Shown: one piece after another, positions 35,487 to 45,677 of the stretch
Layout: each line of letters opens with the position of its first letter
Numbering within the stretch: position 1 is the stretch's first letter
From: an uncultured cyanobacterium
GTDB lineage: Bacteria > Cyanobacteriota > Cyanobacteriia > Phormidesmidales > Phormidesmidaceae
Assembly: GCA_963793265.1 (NCBI GenBank)
Contig: CAWBZI010000006.1
Coordinates: 1,039,441-1,103,440 of the forward strand
DNA length: 64,000 nucleotides
Direction of reading: 5' to 3'
The notes under the pieces: model-generated
The model's database searches: none
What the model was told of the DNA's origin: nothing
What the model saw: the letters and a program-made list of their open reading frames with translations, nothing else
Position numbers and translations under genes: made by a program

Positions 35487-35643
35487 CATCCTTGAAAATC
35501 TTCGCGATTCCCGATAGAACCGTCATGATTTCTTGGTACCTTCACAGTACAAAGATTAGGTGGCGTACTACGTATCGTTATCTTTACTCCATTCACTGTA
35601 GATTAGATCAGAGCACAAACAAGCAATGAGGCTCCTTTAGAAC

Positions 35644-36150
35644 ATGGCTATGACTCCCGATTTACCACTTTTAGGAAAAGCTTTAGCTTTGAGCGCTCTG
35701 TTGAGCACGGCTGGCTTAGGCACAGTGGCAGTAGCGCCCGCAGCGGCGAGTCCTGATTATTTTGACTGCGCCGTTGGCATGATCAATTCGGGCGTGTCAG
35801 AAAGCGATGCGATCGCCGCTTGTTCTGCTGCTCGATATCCCGAAGACTTAGGAGCCTGCGTAGTAGATGTTAACGAATTTACAGGGCTGACGGCCAACAC
35901 TGCTTTAGTGGTGTGCAGCAGAACGCGCCGCCCGATAGAAGTCGCCAACTGCACCATTGACATTCACGACGCCTTTTTAGAGAGCCCCTCGACCAAAGTG
36001 CTCGAAGGCTGTGGCCGCAGCATCTTGCCCGACCGCTACGGCACCTGTGTGGTTGACATCGTAGATGCCGCCGAGATTACTGTAGACGACGCGCTCACGC
36101 AATGCCTCCGCGCTGGATTTCGCCCCTGGCAGCTAACACCCCGCAGCTAA
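35644..36150 (+). CDS. Secreted Cys-repeat hypothetical protein
   Basis: Signal peptide; 8 Cys in a ~31-aa repeat C-x5-P-x5-C-xx-D(I/V). Confidence 0.8.
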   Translation: MAMTPDLPLLGKALALSALLSTAGLGTVAVAPAAASPDYFDCAVGMINSGVSESDAIAACSAARYPEDLGACVVDVNEFTGLTANTALVVCSRTRRPIEVANCTIDIHDAFLESPSTKVLEGCGRSILPDRYGTCVVDIVDAAEITVDDALTQCLRAGFRPWQLTPRS

Positions 36151-36195
36151 CCGTCAGCGACTAAGCATCAGCAATACCGCCAGCAACTAAGGGCA

Positions 36196-37377
36196 TTAGC
36201 GAGAAGTATTGGCTAGCAGCACCAGTCCAGCAGCTAGCCCTAAGCTCAGCGGTAACCAGCCTGCAATAAAGGGGCTGATTACCCCAGCCTCACCCATGGC
36301 AGCAGCAATAAAGCTGAGCAAATAGTAGCCAAAAATAATTACGATACTGATGCCAAAGCTCGTGGCCTTACCCGTGCGCTGAGGCCGGACGCCAACGGCT
36401 GAGCCGACTAGACCAAACACCACGCAGGCAAAGGGTACCGAATACTTGTTTTGAATGGCTACTTTCAGCTTACGCACCGCTTTTTCGTCGCCCGTCTGAC
36501 GCAAAATCGTTAGATAGTCTTTCGCCTCAGCAATATTCATTTCCTCTTGCTTTTTAGGGCGACTCGCCAAATCTAGCGGTGCGCGGGGCAGTTGCAAGTC
36601 TTGCTTATCAAAGCGAATAATTTGACTGAAAGAGCCTGTAGGCGACACCGCGTAGATTGTCCCGTTTGTGAACTCCCACAGATTTCGATTGAAGTTCCAA
36701 GTAGCAGTATCAGCACTTACAATTTGCTGCAAACCGTCTTCATTTTCTTCTTGCGAAAAATCAACAACCGTAATGCCATACATGGTCGTGCCATCAAACT
36801 TACGCGCGTGAAAGAACCGCACAAGCTCATCGCCAGAGCCATCTTCGGCGCGTTGCTGCTGCTGAAAGGTGATATTCCCTTCTTTAAAGGGCGGCTTCTC
36901 TTCGTCTAACGCCCGAGCCAGCAGCATTTTGGCTCGCTGCGTACTAGCGGGCGCAACGACTTCATTCACGCCAAAGCTCAGCCCTGTCACCAGCAGGCTC
37001 AAAACAACGGCTGGCACTACAATGCGCTTCACACTCACCCCACAGCCACGGAGCGCAATCATTTCGCTATCGCTCGAAAATCGGCTGTAGGTCATCATGG
37101 TGGCCAGCAGCGTAGACATCGGGAATGCCAGCACGACAAACTCAGGCATACTCAGCAAAAAAACCTCGAAGGCTAAAGAGCCCGCTAGTCCGTAGTCAGT
37201 GACCTTACGGATGAGTTCAAACAGCGCACCAACAGAGACGCCGATTGAGGAAAAAGCGCCCACGCCAAATAGAAATGGAAACGTCAGCTCCCGAGCGATA
37301 TATCGATCCATAATCGACAATCGCGGGAGCCACCTGACAATTCTTTGGCCGAAATTAGGAGCCGTGCTGGTTGTCAT
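36196..37377 (-). CDS. LPS export ABC permease, LptF/LptG (YjgP/YjgQ) family
   Basis: MDRYIARE, FSSDSEMIALRGCGVS; 6 TM segments; overlaps the lptB stop. Confidence 0.93.
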   Translation of the reverse strand: MTTSTAPNFGQRIVRWLPRLSIMDRYIARELTFPFLFGVGAFSSIGVSVGALFELIRKVTDYGLAGSLAFEVFLLSMPEFVVLAFPMSTLLATMMTYSRFSSDSEMIALRGCGVSVKRIVVPAVVLSLLVTGLSFGVNEVVAPASTQRAKMLLARALDEEKPPFKEGNITFQQQQRAEDGSGDELVRFFHARKFDGTTMYGITVVDFSQEENEDGLQQIVSADTATWNFNRNLWEFTNGTIYAVSPTGSFSQIIRFDKQDLQLPRAPLDLASRPKKQEEMNIAEAKDYLTILRQTGDEKAVRKLKVAIQNKYSVPFACVVFGLVGSAVGVRPQRTGKATSFGISIVIIFGYYLLSFIAAAMGEAGVISPFIAGWLPLSLGLAAGLVLLANTSR

Positions 37378-38156
37378 AGCTTGAAGCTCTCGCCAAGGTA
37401 GTATTCACGGACTAGCGGATTGTCAGAGAGGTCGCTGGCGCTGCCTGAGGCTAATATTTGGCCCTCGCTCATGATATAGGCGCGGTCAATAATTTGGAGG
37501 GTTTCGCGGACGTTGTGATCGGTGATGAGTACGCCCATGTTGCGATCGCGCAATTCCGCCACAATCGACTGAATCTCCGACACCGCAATTGGATCAACCC
37601 CAGCAAACGGCTCGTCTAAAAACAAAAAATCTGGCCCCTGTACGCCCGAGGCCAGCGCTCTTGCCAGCTCAGTTCGCCGACGCTCTCCGCCTGACACCTG
37701 TATGCCCAGCGAGTTCTGAACCTTCTCCAATCGAAATTCTTTAAGTAGCCGGTGCAATCGATCCTCTCGTTCATGGTACGGAACGCCCGTTTGCTCCATC
37801 ACCAGCTTTAGGTTATCGCGCACGCTCAGATTGCGAAAAACGCTAGCCTCCTGAGCCAGATAGCCAATTCCTAACCTAGCCCGCTTGTACATCGGCAAGT
37901 CGGTAATGTCTCTATCGGCCAGCGACACCCTGCCGACATCAGGCTTTACAAGCCCTGTCGCCATATAAAAAGTCGTAGTTTTACCGGCCCCGTTTGGCCC
38001 TAGCAGCCCAACAATTTCGCCCTGAGAAACGGATAGATTAACCCCTTTGACCACCGTGCGCTTGCCATATGTTTTCTGAACATTTTCGAGCACAAGCTTC
38101 AAAGGAAACGCCTCTTGATCAGGTCGGGCTAGCTCAGATTTTACCAAAGAAGTCAC
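37374..38156 (-). CDS. lptB: LPS export ABC ATP-binding protein (start may be ~38102)
   Basis: GPNGAGKTT, SGGERRRTE, LDEPFAGVDPIAV, ITDHNVRETL. Confidence 0.96.
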   Translation of the reverse strand: MTSLVKSELARPDQEAFPLKLVLENVQKTYGKRTVVKGVNLSVSQGEIVGLLGPNGAGKTTTFYMATGLVKPDVGRVSLADRDITDLPMYKRARLGIGYLAQEASVFRNLSVRDNLKLVMEQTGVPYHEREDRLHRLLKEFRLEKVQNSLGIQVSGGERRRTELARALASGVQGPDFLFLDEPFAGVDPIAVSEIQSIVAELRDRNMGVLITDHNVRETLQIIDRAYIMSEGQILASGSASDLSDNPLVREYYLGESFKL

Positions 38157-38193
38157 AGCGTACTGAGCGCTCTAAGTAGCGCGGTTAGAAGGA

Positions 38194-38769
38194 TTAATCA
38201 ATCGGGCCTAGCTCGGCAGGCAGCTCATCGGGCACAGCAGGAATAGAAAGCGGTTGGGGCGCAGCAGGATTTGTCGAAGGCTGTACGGCGGGCGATTCGG
38301 GCAAAATGTAGACGGCTTCAACCTGACTGTTGGCCCCAGGCGTCGCAACAAATCGCCCTTCTTGAATTAAATACGTCACCGTTTCGGCCTGAAGCGAGTT
38401 GCCCTCTTGTAGAACGTCTACGTTACCGCTTAAGACAATCCGCTGCTCCTGGCTGTAATACTCGGCTTGAGCAGACGTCGCAAATATCTGGCGGCTAGGA
38501 TAATCAATTCGCACGTTGCCAATCGCAGTGACTACGCCCGTATTAGAGTTTGCCTCTACTCGACTGGCCTTCATCTGAATTGCCCCGCCTGACTGCTGGG
38601 CCTGGGCCTGTACCCAAGCAGCGGGCACGAGTCCATGGGCAAATTGCAGTAAGAAAGGTGCTGATAGGGCACTTAGAAAGTACCAGAGAAAATACCAGGC
38701 CGCTTTTTTGCGACGGGTGTTTGTGGGCGGGCGATTCTCAGGCGGACGATTGAATTGCGAGTGCAGCAT
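38194..38769 (-). CDS. lptA: LptA/OstA-family protein
   Basis: EANSNTGVVTAIGNV..., IVLSGNVDVLQEGN beta-jellyroll; lies upstream of lptB. Confidence 0.88.
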   Translation of the reverse strand: MLHSQFNRPPENRPPTNTRRKKAAWYFLWYFLSALSAPFLLQFAHGLVPAAWVQAQAQQSGGAIQMKASRVEANSNTGVVTAIGNVRIDYPSRQIFATSAQAEYYSQEQRIVLSGNVDVLQEGNSLQAETVTYLIQEGRFVATPGANSQVEAVYILPESPAVQPSTNPAAPQPLSIPAVPDELPAELGPID

Positions 38770-39047
38770 TCTTAAAAACAGGAAACGAATGGGAAGGGCG
38801 ATCGCACTGCCGCCATCTGATATAGACGTATCTTATGTAAACCTCAGGCGGGCTAGCTACAGCGCTCAGGTCGCTTTCTAAATTGGCAATTGTTTAGCCG
38901 TAACACAATCAACGGCATTATCACGTTATCAGCACAGCCCTGCTTCCACATTAGTAGCTGGTGCCAGAAATTAGCACGAAATACCTATCACTTTCTTTAC
39001 ACAAACCCGATTAAACATCCAACTAAGCCCAATACTTCGCTTGTTCT

Positions 39048-39476
39048 TCATTTAACCCAGCTAATTTGAGGAAAAGGCTGTGGCAACTTCGCCATGAGTT
39101 CATCGAGTCCTTCTGGCCCGGCTGATTGAATTAAGCTCAGCCAATCTACGGACTGATCCACCAGCTCATCAACCGCAATCCCTTCATAGCTAGGCTCAAA
39201 GCGTCGCAGCCGATTAATCCCTTCTCCCAACAAAATAGCGCCACCTCGCCAGTTGAGATTGCCGAGGTGGTAGAAAGCTACTGCCACCTGCAGAATACCC
39301 TGATAGAAAGGCTTTTCAGCCGTTTCAGCCTCCATCCAAATAGCTTCTAACGTATCGTGGCAGGCGTAGAACTCTTTTTGGTTGAACTGCTCGATTCCTT
39401 GCTGAAAGCGCGAATGGGCCATAGAAGACTCTAGAGACGATGTGGGCTCTGATGGTGGTGTAGGTAGCGTGGGCAT
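39048..39476 (-). CDS. DUF309 protein
   Basis: FNQKEFYACHDTLEAIW, FYQGILQVAVAFYH...N..GG. Confidence 0.88.
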   Translation of the reverse strand: MPTLPTPPSEPTSSLESSMAHSRFQQGIEQFNQKEFYACHDTLEAIWMEAETAEKPFYQGILQVAVAFYHLGNLNWRGGAILLGEGINRLRRFEPSYEGIAVDELVDQSVDWLSLIQSAGPEGLDELMAKLPQPFPQISWVK

Positions 39477-39759
39477 AGTGGGCTATCGTTCGATCAATTT
39501 TTGTTGATGGTTTGTAACTGCTCTGTAGCTGCTTTATGGCTGCTAAGTATATTCCGCAAAAAATCGTGAACTAACGCTTTCAGCCAGTGACTTTAGCAGA
39601 ATTGGCACATATACCAGATTTAGGGAGTCTAAGGTGATATCCTCCACACTTATATAGGTGATGTGAGCAGCCGCTCACCTTAGACAGATAGAAGGCAGAT
39701 AAAAAGGCAGCCAAAAGCTAAATAACTAAACACAAATAATCTAATTCGTCGTGTAGGGA

Positions 39760-41286
39760 GTGAAAATGGTGAGTTCTCAGATTAAGAGCAGTTTGGCAGG
39801 TGATGCCGCCAGAATCCAGGCTAGCGGTAACGCCAATAGCCACGCAAGTAACCAGGATGGCGGGCAGGCCATAGGCTTTAATCCAGTTCCCGCCAGCAGA
39901 TGTACGGTGCCATCGCTGCCGTCTACGCCGCTTTTTGGTACAGACGGCATTCGCGGGAAAGCAGGCACTTTGCTTACCGCTCCGCTTGCAACGCAGGTTG
40001 GGTTTTGGGCGGGCCAGGTGATGCGCGCTCAGGGAGAAACAGGCCCGGTCATTCTCGGCCAGGACTCTCGTAATTCTAGCGATATGCTAGCGAACGGACT
40101 CGCCGCTGGCCTCACAAGCGCTGGGCTTGAAGTCTGGAATATGGGCCTGTGCCCAACGGCTGCGGTCGCTTGCTTGGCGATGGAAAGTGCGGGTGGCATT
40201 ATGATTTCGGCCAGCCATAATCCACCGGCTGACAACGGCATTAAGTTTTTTGGCTCGGATGGCACAAAGCTGTCTACTACCATTCAAAAGCAAATTGAGG
40301 CTGCCATCAGAGCCCAGCGCCTTCCCGGTGATAGTCTGCTGCCTGAAACGACTGAAATGCAGTGGGGCCGCACCTATCAGCGGCCCGATTTGGTTGAGCG
40401 CTATATCGACTTTTTGCACCAGCCTTTCCAGCCTCATCCTGATTTGAGCGGGCTCAAGATTGTATTAGATCTTGCCTGGGGTGCGGCGACTCGCGTGGCT
40501 AAGCAGGTGTTTGAGGCGACAGGCGCAGACGTGGTGATTTTGAACGGGTTGCCTGATGGCGATCGCATCAACGTAGACTGCGGCTCTACCCATTTAGGCG
40601 CGCTCACCAGCGCAGTTGCCGAACTGCAGGCCGACATCGGCTTTGCCTTTGATGGTGATGCCGACCGCGTGATGGCCGTTGACGCTCAAGGCCGTGTGAT
40701 TGACGGTGACTACATTTTGTACTTCTGGGGCCAAACCCTCAAGCAGGCAGGCAAACTGCCTAACGACACGATTATTTCGACCGTGATGGCTAACCTGGGC
40801 TTTGAACGGGCCTGGCAAAAGCAGGGCGGCACATTGGTTCGCACGAACGTGGGCGATCAGCACGTGTTTGCTGAAATGGTGAACCAGGGCGCAATGCTAG
40901 GCGGCGAGCAGTCCGGCCATATTTTGTGCCATCACTACAGCCTGACGGGCGATGGTATTCTGACCGCGCTGCACATAGCTGACTTGCTCAAGCAGGCAGG
41001 CTGCTCCCTGGTAGAGCTGGTCGCACAGAGCTTTGAAACCTATCCTCAGCGCTTAGAGAATGTGCGCGTAGAAGATCCGAACGTTCGTCGGAACTGGGGG
41101 AATTGTGATGCGTTGAAGCAGGCGATCACACAGGCAGAAGGTGCAATGGGTGACCAAGGCCGCGTTCTCGTCAGAGCCTCAGGCACTGAGCCACTCATTC
41201 GCGTGATGGTAGAAGCCGCGAATGCTGAGCTAGTCAATCACTGGACAGATAGACTAGCAGCGAAAGTGTCACAGCATCTCGCATAG
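39760..41286 (+). CDS. glmM: Phosphoglucosamine mutase
   Basis: [38 protein letters not shown]. Confidence 0.95.
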   Translation: MKMVSSQIKSSLAGDAARIQASGNANSHASNQDGGQAIGFNPVPASRCTVPSLPSTPLFGTDGIRGKAGTLLTAPLATQVGFWAGQVMRAQGETGPVILGQDSRNSSDMLANGLAAGLTSAGLEVWNMGLCPTAAVACLAMESAGGIMISASHNPPADNGIKFFGSDGTKLSTTIQKQIEAAIRAQRLPGDSLLPETTEMQWGRTYQRPDLVERYIDFLHQPFQPHPDLSGLKIVLDLAWGAATRVAKQVFEATGADVVILNGLPDGDRINVDCGSTHLGALTSAVAELQADIGFAFDGDADRVMAVDAQGRVIDGDYILYFWGQTLKQAGKLPNDTIISTVMANLGFERAWQKQGGTLVRTNVGDQHVFAEMVNQGAMLGGEQSGHILCHHYSLTGDGILTALHIADLLKQAGCSLVELVAQSFETYPQRLENVRVEDPNVRRNWGNCDALKQAITQAEGAMGDQGRVLVRASGTEPLIRVMVEAANAELVNHWTDRLAAKVSQHLA

Positions 41287-41436
41287 ATGAGCAAATCGAC
41301 AAATTGCATTGGTAGACAGACCTTTACGAATTCAACGCAGCAATATGAAGATTTGCAAAGCTGCTTGGGTTCGTGGTAGGTCTTATTGAAAGAAATGTCT
41401 TAACCAGTCCCTTTAATAGCCCTTTCAACAGTATCT

Positions 41437-42147
41437 ATGGCGGCAACCTTTTCTCAGCCCTCCACGTTGCAGACCTCTGCTACGCGGACGAGATCGCTTC
41501 AGGCCCATCCTAAAAAAGTCATCGCTATTGGCGACAGTCTGGTCTACGGCTATGGTGACTGCGAAGGCGGCGGCTGGGTAGATCGGCTGCGACTGGGATG
41601 GATGAACCCCGAGCAGCTAGGCCCTATTTTTTATAACTTAGGCGTGCGTGGCGATGGTGTTGTGCAGGTCGCGAAAAGGCTAGAGCAAGAGTTTTCGGGT
41701 CGCGGAGAGCTGCGTCACCGTACGCCTGAGGTGCTGGTGCTATCAGTAGGCATTAACGATTCTGCTAGAGCAGGTCGGCCCAACGGTAGACCCGTGACTG
41801 ATATCGAGACGTTTGAGCAGGTATTAAACGGGCTTTTGGCCAGATCGCGTCAGCTCTGCCCGGTATTTTTTGTCGGCATGGTACCCATCAATGAGGCCGC
41901 AATGCCCTTCGCTAACATCTTGCATTTTAGCCGCGCTGAGCAGGCCCGCTATCGCGATGTGACGCACCGGCTTTGCGCTGCTCATGGCGTGCCCTATTTA
42001 GATTTATTGGCTGCATGGGAGCAACAAGGTGATGAGTGGGTGGGCGATCGCCTCTGCTCAGACGGTCTTCATCCCAACGCGCTCGGCTACCGCAGCATTT
42101 TAGAAGCTGTCCAGACCTGGCAACCTTTTGTGAGTGCAATCCAGTAA
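41437..42147 (+). CDS. SGNH/GDSL-family hydrolase
   Basis: GDSLVYG, NLGVRGD, GIND, DGLHPN. Confidence 0.92.
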   Translation: MAATFSQPSTLQTSATRTRSLQAHPKKVIAIGDSLVYGYGDCEGGGWVDRLRLGWMNPEQLGPIFYNLGVRGDGVVQVAKRLEQEFSGRGELRHRTPEVLVLSVGINDSARAGRPNGRPVTDIETFEQVLNGLLARSRQLCPVFFVGMVPINEAAMPFANILHFSRAEQARYRDVTHRLCAAHGVPYLDLLAAWEQQGDEWVGDRLCSDGLHPNALGYRSILEAVQTWQPFVSAIQ

Positions 42148-42155
42148 AAAGGCGT

Positions 42156-42977
42156 TCAGTCCTGCTGATTAGAGAACTGGTATGCGCCGAGAAAAGAGAG
42201 CAGGATTGCAAATACGAGCAAAATTGGAATGCTGTACCAGGGAAATTCTGAAAGTGGTTTGTAAGCAACAGCCCTGAGTCCAATCGTGGTGTAGGTCAAC
42301 GGCAAAGCGTACACAATCGGCTTGAGCGTGACTGGCAGCGTCGTCGGATCGAAAAAGGTGCCACCCAAAAATGACATTGGCACAATCAGAAAATTGTTGA
42401 ACAGACCAACGCTCTCTAATGACTTCACGTTAAGGCCAACGATCACGCCTAAGCCTGCAAATACTGCGCAGTTCAAAATCACTAATAGGAAAAACAGGGG
42501 ATTGATAAAGCTCCAAATTTTGCCTGTGAACAGTACGGCGACCAAAATCACGGCTGAAGCAGTCATCAGGCCGCGTACGATGCCTGCAAGCATTTTACCG
42601 AGATGCAATGCTAGCGGATGGATAGGATATAGCAGCATCTCCTCAAAGGTTTTAGAAAAAAGCCGTTCGCCGCAAATGGAGAAGGTGGTACCGCCGAAGC
42701 TAATTACCATCGAAGATAGCGCCACCATCCCTGGCAATATAAATTCCAGGTAGCTATCCCCGGCGGTTGGCTCGCTTACTTTATCGAGCGACGTACCAAG
42801 CCCTAACCCAAACGCCAAGATGTATATCAGGGGTGAAACTAACCCTGAAGCCGCGACCTGCGGAATGCGTACGCGTAGGTCTAGCCAGTCTCCCCAGAAG
42901 ACAGTCAGGGTGTCTGCCAGCAGGGTTTTAAGAGAAGTTTTGGGGGCTTTAAAGGCCGGATCAAAAGATGTTTTCAC
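42156..42977 (-). CDS. ABC-2 type transporter permease
   Basis: YLEFILPG, MSFLGGTFF, 6 TM segments. Confidence 0.9.
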   Translation of the reverse strand: MKTSFDPAFKAPKTSLKTLLADTLTVFWGDWLDLRVRIPQVAASGLVSPLIYILAFGLGLGTSLDKVSEPTAGDSYLEFILPGMVALSSMVISFGGTTFSICGERLFSKTFEEMLLYPIHPLALHLGKMLAGIVRGLMTASAVILVAVLFTGKIWSFINPLFFLLVILNCAVFAGLGVIVGLNVKSLESVGLFNNFLIVPMSFLGGTFFDPTTLPVTLKPIVYALPLTYTTIGLRAVAYKPLSEFPWYSIPILLVFAILLSFLGAYQFSNQQD

Positions 42978-43077
42978 AGAACAATATGAGGGGTAGAACC
43001 TAAGGAGTACGGACGGGGGCGGTCTACCTTATATTGTGCCGTGCTACGCGCGTATGACCTAGTGCCTTTTATGACGG

Positions 43078-44229
43078 CTATGGCAGTGGCTGTCCGAAAG
43101 GAATGGGCTCTGGCCAGCGGCTCGTCGCTCTTGAGTTCGTCACAGGTGAAATTTCAATCTCAGGAATCTCAATGTCTGAGGTTCCAGCTTCAGGAAGTTC
43201 AATCTCAGACGCTGCGACTTCAGATGCAGGCGCTACTGAAACCACTGTGGGCTCAACAGCAGGTGCATTCACAACTTCTACTTCGATCTCACCGATAAAT
43301 GGAGGTTCTACAATGTCTTCGGCCAAAGGTTCTTCGACGGCAACTTCTTCAACAATGGGTGCTTCAATGACCGGGATTTTGACAATGGGTGCTTCGATAA
43401 CAGGAACTTCGACAACGGGTGGTGCAGGTGGCTGAGCGATCGCAACCGATTCAGCCTCACTATCCCTAGCAGCATCAGCCTCAACAATAGGTGGAACGAG
43501 CACTGGAATGACTTGCGCAGGCGGGCGGCTAGCCATCGGTGGGGGTGGGGCAACGGGTCTAGGTGTAGGCGATCGCACATCAATCGGCGGCACAATCACC
43601 GGCCCACTATCTGAGATTGCAGGTTCTAAAACAGGCAAATCAGGGAAATCAGAAACAGCAGCGATCGCATCGCTCGAAGATATTGCTGCTGTCGAACGAT
43701 CGGTGCGCAAAGCTGCTGCCGGAGAGGCCGCATCAGATTCGACCGCCGAAACCGAGCTTTCTACGACTTGACTCGCTAATAAAGCAGGGCGAACCTGCCA
43801 TTGCTTGATATCAGGATTTGGATTAGCCACAGCAATTTGAGTGGCATTTTGAGTATTTGATAGAACGGTGCCGGGCGCAAAATCGACCGTCATCCATACG
43901 GTATCGGGATCTGCTTGTTCTACGACAACGCTTTCAACGACGCCATCAAACACAGTTTGACCAATGGCATTGCCGACTTGAGTACCAGGAATCTCAATGA
44001 GGAGCTGGCTGTCGGAGACGACCGAGAGCGTAGGCGTGATGTCACTTGGGAGAGTAAGGGTAAGCGATCTAGTCTGTGAATCGTAGCGCCAGTCGGATAG
44101 CTTTTCGGCCAGTGCAGGCAGTACGCCAAAGCTCATAGCAAGAAGGGAGGCACCTATTGTCAGACCACCGCCACGCCAAAGCAACTGCAAAGGCAGCTTC
44201 AAGTATTTGCAGAAATATTGGTGGCTCAT
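43078..44229 (-). CDS. AMIN-domain protein with a long Pro/Glu/Val-rich low-complexity tail
   Basis: Signal peptide (PALA-E), LSDWRYD...LLIEIPGT AMIN-like domain, terminal IPFGQPLP. Confidence 0.75.
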   Translation of the reverse strand: MSHQYFCKYLKLPLQLLWRGGGLTIGASLLAMSFGVLPALAEKLSDWRYDSQTRSLTLTLPSDITPTLSVVSDSQLLIEIPGTQVGNAIGQTVFDGVVESVVVEQADPDTVWMTVDFAPGTVLSNTQNATQIAVANPNPDIKQWQVRPALLASQVVESSVSAVESDAASPAAALRTDRSTAAISSSDAIAAVSDFPDLPVLEPAISDSGPVIVPPIDVRSPTPRPVAPPPPMASRPPAQVIPVLVPPIVEADAARDSEAESVAIAQPPAPPVVEVPVIEAPIVKIPVIEAPIVEEVAVEEPLAEDIVEPPFIGEIEVEVVNAPAVEPTVVSVAPASEVAASEIELPEAGTSDIEIPEIEISPVTNSRATSRWPEPIPFGQPLP

Positions 44230-44492
44230 AGAATGCTCCCATCAATCAAATTCAATGTCAGGATACGTCAAATTTCTTAGCCGCGATATGTAAATTTTCA
44301 GGAAAACGTTAGCTTTCATTCTTGAAAATCGTTATATTCTCGCTTGCGATTCGTCATCATAGAGACGGTCAGCAGATAGCGTCTGTATTCATAACGTCAA
44401 TTGATCGCTATCAGCAAGAATTGTCCTGCTATTCGTACATTTTGCTGGCCTGACACCTGACTTTTTACTCTGACCTTTACTAGAGCGATCGC

Positions 44493-44588
44493 ATGGAACT
44501 CCACGATTTTTTCCTCCTCATTCTTCTCCTCAGCCCCGGTCTACTTTTATCCGTCGTCGTCATGGCCGGTATGAGCGCAGGAGGCTAA
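44493..44588 (+). CDS. Putative 31-aa single-TM small protein, not in the ORF track
   Basis: MELHDFFLLILLLSPGLLLSVVVMAGMSAGG*; its stop is 4 nt before the next ATG and it contains that gene's AGGAGG. Confidence 0.6.
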   Translation: MELHDFFLLILLLSPGLLLSVVVMAGMSAGG

Positions 44589-44592
44589 TCCA

Positions 44593-45177
44593 ATGGTTAG
44601 AACTGAATCTACAATGCTGCCGTTGGGCACCGCTGCCCCTGAGTTTTCATTAGAAGATGTCGTCAGCGGCAAAACTATTTCTTTAGACACCTTCAAAGGC
44701 AAAAAAGGACTGCTGGTAATGTTCATTTGCCAGCACTGCCCGTTTGTGAAGCACGTTGAAGATGAGCTAGGCCGTATTGGGCAAGACTACATGCCTAAAG
44801 ATGTTGCGGTGCTTGCGATCAGCGCTAACAGCATCGAAAGCCATCCTCAAGACGACCCTGATAACATGCGCGAGCAGGTAAAGCGGGCAAACTTCAACTT
44901 TCCCTATGCCTACGACGCCACTCAAGAAGTCGCCAAAAGCTACACCGCCGCCTGTACACCCGACTTCTTTTTATTCGACAGCGACTTCAAACTCGCCTAT
45001 CGCGGTCAGCTAGACGACAGTCGTCCCGGCAACAATAAACCAGTTAACGGCAAAGATCTACGAGCCGCACTCGATAAAATTGTGGCAGGAGAAGCTATTC
45101 CTGAAACGCAAAAGCCTAGCATCGGCTGCAATATTAAATGGATTCCAGGCAAAGAGCCTGCTTACTTTGGGGCTTGA
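44593..45177 (+). CDS. Thioredoxin-fold redoxin (AhpC/TSA, PRX-like1)
   Basis: MFICQHCPFV CxxC, AACTPDFFLFD, YRGQLDDSRP, SIGCNIKW. Confidence 0.92.
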   Translation: MVRTESTMLPLGTAAPEFSLEDVVSGKTISLDTFKGKKGLLVMFICQHCPFVKHVEDELGRIGQDYMPKDVAVLAISANSIESHPQDDPDNMREQVKRANFNFPYAYDATQEVAKSYTAACTPDFFLFDSDFKLAYRGQLDDSRPGNNKPVNGKDLRAALDKIVAGEAIPETQKPSIGCNIKWIPGKEPAYFGA

Positions 45178-45178
45178 A

Positions 45179-45466
45179 TTGAAGTTTGAATGGAACGAGC
45201 AAAAAGCACGAACAAATCAGCAAAAGCATGGCATATCGTTCAGAGAAGCAAGCACCGTCTTCTATGACGAAAATGCGCGTCTGATCTACGATACAGAGCA
45301 TTCTTTGGAAGAAGATCGGTATATCATTCTGGGAATGAGTAAGTCGCTATCATCGTTAGTAGTGGTTTGTCATGTGTACAGCGATAGCGAGGACATCATT
45401 CAAATTATCTCAGCTAGGAAAGCAAATGCTAAAGAACAGCAGCAGTACAGGAGGTTCCTTCCATGA
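45179..45466 (+). CDS. brnT: BrnT-family toxin (DUF497)
   Basis: FEWNEQKARTNQQKHGISFREA, HSLEEDRY, IISARKA; TTG start at 45179. Confidence 0.9.
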   Translation: MKFEWNEQKARTNQQKHGISFREASTVFYDENARLIYDTEHSLEEDRYIILGMSKSLSSLVVVCHVYSDSEDIIQIISARKANAKEQQQYRRFLP

Positions 45467-45666
45467 AAAATGAATATGATTTCTCTGAATCGATCAAGAA
45501 TCCATATACTGAGAAGCTGAAGGGATCTGCAACTGTTCAGCTTGAAGAGGACGTTGTTAACTACTTTAGAGAGCTAGCTGAAGAAACAGGTATCCCTTAC
45601 CAAAACCTAATCAATTTGTATCTGAAAGACTGCGTACAATCGCAGCGGAAACCTTCATTGGAATAG
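45463..45666 (+). CDS. brnA: BrnA-like antitoxin (RHH)
   Basis: MKNEYDFS..KNPY, GIPYQNLINLYL; ATGA overlap with brnT. Confidence 0.87.
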   Translation: MKNEYDFSESIKNPYTEKLKGSATVQLEEDVVNYFRELAEETGIPYQNLINLYLKDCVQSQRKPSLE

Positions 45667-45677
45667 GTAGCGTAGTA

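Noticed and set aside
35260..35629. Four overlapping 73-97 aa ORFs upstream of dxs
   Set aside because: They are open because of codon-length tandem repeats; none has a recognisable motif or a convincing RBS.
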